Source: Octopus sinensis (lineage: Eukaryota). Taken from it: a DNA stretch of 9,992 nucleotides. How positions within the stretch are numbered: the stretch's first letter is position 1; every line of letters begins with the position of its first letter. The notes below the pieces were generated by a model that ran no database searches, was not told where the DNA came from, and worked only from the letters and a program-made list of their open reading frames with translations. Where the stretch lies: positions 1 through 9,992 of the forward strand of contig NW_021827659.1 in NCBI RefSeq assembly GCF_006345805.1, written 5' to 3'. This document shows, one piece after another, positions 1 to 7,406 of the stretch. The translations under genes were made by a program, and so were the position numbers.

Positions 1-104
1 TACATGTATAAATATATTTGAATATGTGTCAGTATATATCATTACTATATTTTATAGATTGTGATATTATATTCTATACACACGCACTCAAATATACATT
101 TATG

Positions 105-119
105 TATATATATATATAT

Positions 120-169
<50 letters not shown>

Positions 170-263
170 CGTGCGTACGTGTGTGTGTGTGTTTGTGTCT
201 GTGTGTTTGTGTGTGTGTGTGTGTCTGTGTGTTTGTGTGTTTGTGTGTGTGTGTGTATGTATT

Positions 264-294
<31 letters not shown>

Positions 295-330
295 CATACA
301 TACATACATACATACATATACAGAGTGAGA
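105..330. repeat. Compound microsatellite (TA)n/(TG)n/(TACA)n
   Basis: Perfect (TG)23 at 122-167, imperfect TG to about 256, then TA and TACA runs. Seen directly. Confidence 0.97.
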
Positions 331-364
331 GAGATTAATATCAAATATACAAGCACAGATAAAT

Positions 365-570
365 GTATGCGTATATATAGCATTTCATGTATAAATATGT
401 ATGAATACATACATACATATATGTATGTTTGTATGTCTGTATGTCTGTGTGTGTATGCACATATATTATATATATATATTTATATTTATATGAGTGTGTA
501 TGTGTGTATGTACGTAGGTATGCATGTATATACTTATACATGTATGTTCATGTATATATGTAAATATGTT
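365..570. repeat. Degenerate TA/TATG low-complexity tract
   Basis: Interrupted TATG/TACA/TA units seen directly. Confidence 0.8.
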
Positions 571-869
571 GAGCTCATGCAACGTAACGTGTCATTTTTC
601 CAAAACAAAAACAAAAATTAAATCTCACTTAAGGGAATATTTGTTATAAACCTCTGCTAATTCACTGAATGCAGATAACTGCAAATTAATGCACTTGCTG
701 CACTGGTTGTAATTGAATAATACACCCCGGCGTACCGGGTATATAGTGTCGAGCGGCGGGTAGAATTACAATTGGCGTTATATACTGCATCGGTGACACT
801 GTCAGACGAATCAAGCAGAAATATCACTTGACCATAATATCAATTTATAATCAAGAATGCAACCAATTA

Positions 870-1085
870 AACCCAACCCCCCACACCCATCCACCACCAC
901 CATCACCAGCACAACCTCTCCCCCCATAACCACCACCGCCACCACCGCCACCTTCCCCTGACATCATCTCCATAAATAATGTCAAAGCCACCATCAGTAC
1001 CACCGCTACCATCACCACCATTTTTTTTTATATACCCTTCCTCACAAACTTTACCTATATTATCATTACTACCACCCCCATCGTC
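870..1085. repeat. Imperfect (CAC)n-rich low-complexity tract
   Basis: Runs of cac/acc/atc triplets, C-rich on the + strand. Confidence 0.8.
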
Positions 1086-1204
1086 TATATGAGTGCGTAT
1101 GTGTGTCTATCTACCTCCGTATACATACATGTATGTATACATCATCATCGCAACCATCACTGTCAGCACTATATCGGTATTTATATATATTTATTTTACT
1201 ATTC

Positions 1205-1274
1205 ATTTATACATATATACATATACATATACATACATATATACATATATATATATATACAATCATATATATAT

Positions 1275-1316
<42 letters not shown>
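1205..1316. repeat. (TACA)n/(TA)n microsatellite
   Basis: Includes perfect (AT)17 at 1283-1316, which abuts the SINE 5' end. Confidence 0.95.
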
Positions 1317-1319
<3 letters not shown>

Positions 1320-1607
1320 CGGGCGTGACTGTATGGTAAGAAGCTTGCTACCCAACCGCATGGTTCCGGGTTCAGTCCCACTGCGTGGCACCGTTGGCAA
1401 GTGTCTTCTACCATAGCCTCGGGCCGACCAAAACCTTGGGAGTGGATTTGGTAGACGGAAGCTGAAAGAAACCCGTCGTGTATGTGTGTCTTCCACCACC
1501 ATCACTTGACAACCGATGTTGTCCTGTTGTCGATTTCTTTGACTAAAAGGGCGGCGCTCCAGCATGGCTGCAGTCAAATGTCTGGATCAAATAAAAGAGC
1601 CAAAGAA
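1317..1607 (+). mobile_element. tRNA-derived SINE (family A, CORE-like segment), probably internally deleted
   Basis: A-box-like tgactgtatggt (1326-1337) and B-box-like ggttcagtcc (1369-1378). The segment ggcaccgttggcaagtg resembles the MIR/CORE motif ccttgggcaag. It has an A-rich tail and (TA)n on both flanks. It matches my recollection of an abundant octopus SINE (not database-verified). Confidence 0.8.
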
Positions 1608-1679
1608 TATATATATATATACACAACACACACACACACATATATAAATGTAGGATCGACGTATAAGAAGATGGTTAGC

Positions 1680-2098
1680 AACCGTCTTACACAAAACAGC
1701 ATTACAAGCTACTTCAATGCTTTCTTCAACACATCCTGGTTTTCAAACAATACAGATAACACTAGAAGTAACACATACACATAGCTCACCAAACATCGTT
1801 TTCAGCTTTACACACATGGCAATCACAGTCATTCGGCAAAATAACAGCCCCAATTTTCCTCGGACCACCTATTATTTATCAAGTAATAGTGTACAAACAA
1901 CTCATTAGGTCCATCGTGGACTGCTCCTATACCTTCTGCAACCATATTCGCTCGACAAGATGTAATAAATTACGAAATACCCAAAGCAGTGGACTACACG
2001 TCATCACAAGTCGTACAGAGATATCACCTTCCGAAACAGAATACTTACCACAACATAAAACAATGCATATTTCCTTTAAATTGCATACCAAATGTTGA
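1680..2098 (+). mobile_element. Ancient, degraded non-LTR retrotransposon ORF2 remnant (post-RT/thumb region, I/Jockey-group-like)
   Basis: The frame from 1889 reads YKQLIRSIVDCSY..NKLRNTQSSGLHVITSR. This parallels the general LINE pattern YKxxIRSxxDY(A/S)..W..NKLQxxQNxALRxITGC. Weaker upstream traces are WL..NRL, THP and TLEVTH (cf. ILGVTY/F). Clade assignment is tentative. Confidence 0.55.
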
Positions 2099-2147
2099 CT
2101 CACTGATTGGACTTCACGTCGCTGTCCAAAATTATTCTTATTTTATA

Positions 2148-2292
2148 TCTTTTTTTTTATTTAGTGCGACCGTATTGGAGCTCAGCCTTGAAGAATTTTT
2201 TGTCGAATGAATCGACCCCAATACTTTTTTTTTTAAAGCCTGGTACTTATTCCATCAGTGTCTTTTGCCGAGCCGCTAAGTTACAGGGATAT
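2148..2292 (-). mobile_element. 3' half of a family-A-like SINE
   Basis: The reverse complement reads ccctgtaacttagcggctcggcaaaaga..ataagtaccagg..tggggtcgattcattcgac..aaggctgagctccaatacgg. It aligns by eye with 1525-1580 (gtcgatttctttgac..ggcggcgctccagcatgg). Confidence 0.7.
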
Positions 2293-2409
2293 GGTGGACA
2301 GTGAACGGCGTTAGGATGGTATAAAGATTAAAGTTGTAGTGAACTGACATGGGGGACTGGAAGCCCTCTGAATATTGGAGAAGAGTAACCTATATCATTT
2401 ACGATTAAA

Positions 2410-2641
2410 GGCGGCGAGCTGGCAGAAGCGTTAGCACGCCGGGCGAAATGCTTAGCGGTATTTCGTCTGCGTTACGTTGTGAGTTCAAATTCCGCCGAGG
2501 TCGACTTTGCCTTTCATCCTTTCGGGGTCGATAAATTAAGTACCAGTTACGCACTGGGGTCGATGTAATCGACTTAATACCTATGTCTGTCCTTGTTTGT
2601 CCCCTCTGTGTTTAGCCCCTTGTGGGTAATAAAGAAATAGG
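2410..2641 (+). mobile_element. tRNA-derived SINE (family B), near full length
   Basis: A-box-like tggcagaagcgttag and B-box gagttcaaattcc (2481-2493). The central gaggtcgactttgcctttcatcctttcggggtcgataaattaagtaccag is followed by hairpin gtcgat-gta-atcgac. A second copy at 7836-8055 confirms it is repetitive. Confidence 0.9.
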
Positions 2642-2659
2642 TAGTGGGGAACAGACACA

Positions 2660-2660
<1 letters not shown>

Positions 2661-2710
<50 letters not shown>
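2661..2710. repeat. (AC)25 microsatellite
   Basis: Perfect dinucleotide run. Confidence 0.98.
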
Positions 2711-2711
<1 letters not shown>

Positions 2712-3009
2712 ACACCACATATGATGAGTAGCATATTTGATTAATTTCGATTAATTGCAAATTCTGTGTTATTGAACACATTCTTGATTACCTAAACAAG
2801 ATATTACAGCTTGCGAGAAGCTATCAAAACCAAGAACAAACTTCAATGAACGCCATAAACAATGCAGCACAGTAGTAAAGCTGTATAAGCATAAAAACTG
2901 CACCGTGTTACAAACACACCTTTGTCTTTAAAAACTGTCAGAAATATAGTGAATCTTACTAACGACGCTATTGTTCACCATTTGTAATATCAATATGAAA
3001 AAAAGAACA

Positions 3010-3152
3010 TGTGTGTACACGTACGCTCACGCGCACGTACATGCACGTAATAGTGCATATTCATGTGTGTTTGTATGTGTGCGTATATATACATATATTT
3101 GTGCGTGTATATATGTGTGTGTATGCGTGCGTGTGTGTGTGTGCGCGTGTGT
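3010..3152. repeat. Degenerate (GT/GC/TA)n tract
   Basis: Alternating purine-pyrimidine dinucleotides. Confidence 0.8.
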
Positions 3153-3229
3153 GAATAATTTGATTCGGCTCTATGCGACTTAAAATTTTACGGGCCTCTA
3201 AACTCGCTTGGAGCCGAATCAAACTGTTT
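3153..3229 (+). other. Long hairpin / short inverted repeat (pre-miRNA-sized)
   Basis: Perfect 13-bp arms tttgattcggctc (3159-3171) and gagccgaatcaaa (3211-3223). Pairing extends inward to 3181/3201 with one G-U and two mismatches, and outward to 3153/3229. Loop is about 19 nt. The structure is certain; its function is unknown. Confidence 0.7.
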
Positions 3230-3299
3230 TTAAATAATACATGTAATTCCTACTAAATGTGTTGAGTGCCTTTTTACTTTCGTTTGTCCACTCACCCGT

Positions 3300-3300
<1 letters not shown>

Positions 3301-3370
<70 letters not shown>

Positions 3371-3429
3371 GACAGACAGACAGACAGAGAGACAGACATA
3401 CAGACAGGCATACAGACAGACAGAAAGAC

Positions 3430-3490
<61 letters not shown>
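3301..3490. repeat. (GATA)n/(GACA)n tetranucleotide microsatellite
   Basis: Seen directly. Confidence 0.98.
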
Positions 3491-3491
<1 letters not shown>

Positions 3492-3599
3492 TGGTAAATT
3501 TATAATACAAGAAAGTGAAATGATCAGGCTTTAATCCAAATCACAACAATCGTTTCTGTGCATGAGCAACACCTGTTAGTTACTGAGTGCTTCAGATAT

Positions 3600-3807
3600 A
3601 CGTATTATTTTACAAATATTACGTATTGGAGCAATCTCAAGAATAATCAGCCGAAATTGTGAGGATAATCTGGTTCTTGACTGAAGATAGAAAACTTCGA
3701 ATGACCCGTCCTTGTTTTCTTTGTATCGTCTATCTGGATTGTTTGTCGTCCCTTTTTGTATCACCTAGTTGTCCGGATGTTTTGCGTTCTTGTCCTATTT
3801 TGTATTT
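3600..3807 (+). repeat. Unclassified interspersed-repeat end with T-rich tail running into (TA)n
   Basis: The T-rich segment ends ..cttgtcctattttgtattt, directly followed by (TA)n. It resembles a repeat I recall from octopus sequence. There is no second copy in the window, so this is inference. Confidence 0.35.
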
Positions 3808-3854
3808 TATATATATATATATATATTATATATATATATAATATATATATATAT

Positions 3855-3890
<36 letters not shown>
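3808..3890. repeat. Interrupted (TA)n microsatellite
   Basis: Seen directly. Confidence 0.95.
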
Positions 3891-3892
3891 TC

Positions 3893-3947
3893 TAAATTTT
3901 CTAAAATCTTCCAGCCATGGTTTTTTTTTTTATCTCATTCTGAAAAG

Positions 3948-4001
<54 letters not shown>

Positions 4002-4055
4002 CTTTTCAGAATGAGATAATAAAAAAAACATGGCTGTGAGATTTTAAAAAATTTA
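3893..4055. repeat. Palindrome: ~60-bp inverted arms around (AT)22
   Basis: Arms 3893-3952 and 3997-4055 are reverse complements. The core 3930-4019 is a perfect 90-bp palindrome (23-bp arms plus self-complementary (AT)22). Confidence 0.95.
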
Positions 4056-4062
4056 TAAATAG

Positions 4063-4109
4063 GTCTTACAGCTGTTTCCAGGATTTTATTATATCCCTTC
4101 ATCAGAGAC
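4063..4109 (-). ncRNA. Minimal type I hammerhead ribozyme motif
   Basis: Minus strand: GUCU-CUGAUGA-AGGGAUAUAAUAAAAUCCUG-GAAA-CAGCUG-UA/AGAC. It has the complete catalytic core, stem I GUCU/AGAC, palindromic stem III and a GUA triplet. Predicted cleavage is between 4067 and 4066. Activity is untested. Confidence 0.7.
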
Positions 4110-4491
4110 GGTGTGAGAAAATGGTTAAGCAATAGTTATTCCAGATATGATACGAAATAGAGAGTGAAGTGGAGGAATGAAAATAGATGTGAGATATGCA
4201 TGGATATTGCATTTGTAGATCCTTTATTTAAACAAAATGGTATACATATAAGATTTTAATATCCTGTGAGTAAAATCCAATAGTATCTAAAATTGGTTAT
4301 TCCAAGTATAGAGTTTGTACACGGTGCTATTGAATCAAGTGTTTTATTTGATTTATTTAATTATTCTGCTTAAATAATGGATCTACAAATGCAATATCCC
4401 AGCATATCTCACATCTATTTTCATTCTTCCACTTCATTCTCTATTTCGTATCTTATCTTAATTAACTATTGCTTAACCATTTTCTCGCGCC

Positions 4492-4539
4492 GTCTCTGAT
4501 GAAGGGATATAATAAATATCCTGGAAACAGCTGTAAGAC
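4492..4539 (+). ncRNA. Minimal type I hammerhead ribozyme motif
   Basis: GUCU(4492-4495)-CUGAUGA(4496-4502)-stem II(4503-4523: 7 bp below a terminal A-G mismatch, AAUAA loop)-GAAA(4524-4527)-CAGCUG-UA/AGAC. Predicted cleavage is after 4535. Activity is untested. Confidence 0.75.
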
Positions 4540-4577
4540 CTTCTATTTATAAACGTCATATAAAGGCAAGATGTACC

Positions 4578-4623
4578 ACCGTTCGATGATGGCTGTAGCT
4601 AGTCGAAACTTCGAAGTCGCTGT
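4578..4623 (+). ncRNA. Variant/decayed hammerhead-like motif
   Basis: ACCGU-UCGAUGA-U-GGCU(GUAGCU)AGUC-GAAA-CUUCGAAG-UC/GCUGU. It has an 8-bp palindromic stem III and a GUC triplet, but the core starts UC instead of CU and stem I has a mismatch. Confidence 0.4.
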
Positions 4624-4726
4624 CAATATTATTCTTAAAGAATATCAAGTTTGTACTATACCAAAAGTATTTAGTAAGCCTTCTGTTTAATATTAGATTG
4701 TTTATATTATAAGATAAAAAGCATAG

Positions 4727-4953
4727 ATATATATATATATATACATGCATACATATCTATATACGATGATATATAGACATATATGTATGCATATATTTAT
4801 GCGTCTGCATGGATATGTAAATGTCAACTCAATATGTATATTAGCACACACACACACACACGCCACACACACACACACACAACACACACACCACACACAC
4901 ACATATATTATATATATATATATTATATATATATATAAATATATATATACACA
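4727..4953. repeat. Compound (TA)n/(CA)n microsatellite
   Basis: Seen directly. Confidence 0.9.
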
Positions 4954-5099
4954 CATCCACGTATGAGTGTGTACATAGCGTTTCTGTGAATCTAAAAGCA
5001 AAGGTCACATAGTTTTAGAAAGGCAGACTGTGTTAAATAGCAGCTGTAGGTTAAAGGGGAGATACCTTCAACACAGACCTCCCGCCATTAACACTTGTC

Positions 5100-5790
5100 T
5101 GGGGGGAGGCGGAGAAGATGGAGGCGAGATGGGGGAGGTGACGGAGAGGAAGTAGGGGCGTTGACAGAAGGGGTGAGGGTGGAGATGAAAGAATGGGAGA
5201 GGGGGGAAATGTGAGGGGAATGAAAAAAAGGGAGAGAGGTGTGGTGAGAAAAGGAGACAGGGCAGTGGCGGGAGAAGGAGCGACGGTGGGGGGTGACAGA
5301 AGAGAAGACGGGGATTGAAAGAAGTTGAGAGGGGAGGTGAGAGGTGAGAGAGGGTGGAGGTGGGAATTGGAGGGGAGGTTAGAGGAGAGGGGGAGGGGAC
5401 AGAAGGAGATTGGGGAGGTGACAGAAGAGAAGAGGGGATTGAAAGAAGTTGAGAGGGGAGGTGAGAGGTGAGAGGGGGAATGAGAGGAGAGAGGGTAGAG
5501 GTGGGAATTGGAGGGGAGAGGTTAGAGGTGAGGGGGAGGGGACAGAAGGAGATTGGGGAGGTGACAGAAGAGAAGAGGGGATTGAAAGAAGTTGAGAGGG
5601 GAGGTGAGAGGTGAGAGGGGGAATGAGAGGAGAGAGGGTAGAGGTGGGAATTGGAGGGGAGAGGTTAGAGGTGAGGGGGAGGGGACAGAAGGAGATTGGG
5701 GAGGTGACAGAAGGGATGAGGGTGAGGGAATCAAGAGAGGGGAGAAGGGAGGTGAGGGGAGAGAAGGGGCAGTGAGAAAAAAAAGAGAAG
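5100..5790 (+). repeat. G/A-rich polypurine tract
   Basis: The + strand is overwhelmingly G and A, with many G3-G6 runs. Confidence 0.9.
5295..5713 (+). repeat. 143-bp tandem repeat (two identical units plus a diverged 125-bp unit)
   Basis: Units start gacagaag at 5295, 5420, 5563 and 5706. 5420-5562 and 5563-5705 are identical when read base by base. Confidence 0.92.
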
Positions 5791-5804
5791 TACAAGCAGA
5801 CAGC

Positions 5805-6385
5805 CACCATCTCAGTTACACTATTACAACCACTACTACCGCCATCCCACCACCACCACCACCACCATTGCCACCGTGACCATTCTCCCCCAATGTCAGT
5901 ATTACCGTAACTATCACCTCCACTACCGAACACCGGCACCCTCACCACCATTGTCAACACATGGTCCACCTTTCCCCACACCATCACCATGCCACTAATA
6001 TTGCCACCACCACCACCACCACCACCACCACTATCAGCCTCACTCTCGCAACTACCCCCTCTACTTCCACCACCATTATCAACTACTGCAGCCATCAACA
6101 CTAACACACCACCACCATTACTACCGCCTTCACTACTACTACGACTACTACTACAAATACCATTACTCAATAAAAGCTTCAATACTATTTCTACTACTAC
6201 CACTACCACCACCACCACTACCAGCAACACAACCACTACTACTACCATCACCATCACTACTACTACTAATACTAATACTACTACTACTACAACCACCATT
6301 ACCACTACTACTTCTACTACTACAATCACCACCACCACCACCATTTTAACTATCATTGTCACTCTCACCTCCACCACCACCATAA
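5805..6385. repeat. Imperfect (CAC)n/(ACT)n trinucleotide tract
   Basis: Long runs of cac/acc/act triplets. Confidence 0.9.
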
Positions 6386-6389
6386 CAGA

Positions 6390-6570
6390 AAAGCCAATCA
6401 ATGAGGGAGTCGCTTACTTGGCCACTCGACCCTGCTAGAAATATCAGCCAAATCTCCCCTCAAATCCTGCGACTAAGCAACAACGACACCGACTGAAACA
6501 CCTGAGTCATGCTGAGCCGTAGGACGGCTGGATCAGGGCTGGCCTGGGGTTTTATAGCAGCTAACATGTT
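6390..6570 (+). repeat. Possible remnant of another interspersed repeat between trinucleotide tracts
   Basis: This is a complex-sequence island. ggccactcgaccctgctagaaatatcagccaaatctcccctcaaatc resembles a repeat I recall from octopus; no internal confirmation. Confidence 0.3.
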
Positions 6571-6579
6571 TTTATCCCC

Positions 6580-6734
6580 CGCCGCCGCCGCCGCTAGAAT
6601 CACCATTACAACTATTACGACCTCCCCTACTACCATCACTACTACCACTGCCGCCACCAACACTACAACAACCATCAGCACAACAACAACAACAACAACA
6701 ACAACAACTACTACTACTTCTACTACTACTACTT

Positions 6735-6779
<45 letters not shown>

Positions 6780-7045
6780 ACTTCTTCTTCTTCTACTACT
6801 ACTACTACTACTACTACTACTATGCTGCTACTACCGACAACAACACCACCACAATCACCGCGAATACTGTCACCATCACCCCCTACCATTACCTCCGCCA
6901 CCATTATCCCTATTATCTTCAGTATCAACAGCACCATCGCCACAACCACCACCACCACCATCACCACCACTACTATTACTCTCAGCCTCATCTCTATCCC
7001 CCATCCATACCACCATCACCACCACCACTACCATTCCTACAACCA
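6580..7045. repeat. Compound trinucleotide microsatellite (GCC)/(ACC)/(ACA)/(ACT)/(TCT)/(CAC)
   Basis: Successive pure runs, e.g. (ACA)n from about 6680, (ACT)n at about 6708-6778, (TCT)n at about 6781-6793, then (ACT)n again. Confidence 0.95.
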
Positions 7046-7289
7046 TTTATACGGTAACCTTAGCGATAAAGTTGTCAACATGTTAGATGTAATAGCAGTG
7101 GTGGCGGGGGTCAGAGTAAAAAGATAAAGAAATTATTTAAAGGTTTATATAGATTGTGGAGGCGGGGGGAGCTAAGAGGGGTGGGGAAGAAGGATATGAA
7201 GAAAGCAGAAACGAAAACAACAGATGTGCAAGGAAATCATGTAAACAAATAAAAAAAAAACAAGTAGAGGAAAGAAAAATTCTAAATTG

Positions 7290-7390
7290 AATGCCATGGC
7301 GGTATATATTCACATATGTCTGTGTTCTGGGTTCCAGTATCACGGGACCGATTTTACCTGTCGTCTTTTCCGGGGCCGATAAAATAAATT
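7290..7390 (+). mobile_element. Highly degraded family-B SINE fragment
   Basis: atgccatggcggtat..gttctgggttcca..gggaccgattttacctgtcgtcttttccggggccgataaaataa aligns loosely with 2448-2540 and 7875-7967. Confidence 0.45.
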
Positions 7391-7406
7391 AACTATTTAC
7401 ATCGGG

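Larger units (their letters stand above)
3997..4553. mobile_element. Putative truncated Penelope-like element relic with inverted pseudo-LTR arrangement
   Basis: Inverted arms at 4052-4238 and 4363-4553 are about 90% identical by eye. Each arm ends in a hammerhead motif, and the left arm continues through a ~55-bp tail into (TA)n. The spacer has a possible degenerate GIY-YIG C-terminus. Minimal hammerheads with a palindromic stem III and inverted pLTRs are established PLE features; the assignment here is inference. Confidence 0.6.

Noticed and set aside
18-621. Overlapping ORFs of 66-146 aa (CVCV/HTHT/YIYI)
   Set aside because: They are pure microsatellite translations that are open in several frames on both strands.
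2642-2710. gtagtggggaacagacacag(AC)n as the displaced middle of the minus-strand SINE at 2148-2292
   Set aside because: The similarity is short and low-complexity, the intervening 2293-2409 does not match, and no SINE head lies beyond the (AC)n.
3286-3300. Consensus splice donor (G/GTGAGT) on the minus strand
   Set aside because: The would-be exon is the GATA/GACA microsatellite, with no acceptor or coding signal.
3678-3710. ctgaaga-ta-gaaaacttcgaatg resembling a hammerhead core
   Set aside because: Only 2 nt lie between the two core segments (no stem II), and there is no properly placed NUH or stem I.
5295-5713. Regularly spaced repeats as a CRISPR-like array
   Set aside because: The units are contiguous tandem copies without unique spacers, in eukaryotic context with no cas genes.
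5379-6401. 340-aa minus-strand ORF, the longest in the window
   Set aside because: It is built from reverse-complemented triplet and polypurine repeats (poly-V/G/W, S-P-L), starts at a non-ATG codon and has no domain signal.
6512-6536. Hairpin agccgt-agg-acggct
   Set aside because: It is a short stem with no ribozyme core, and such stems are expected by chance or as part of a repeat remnant.
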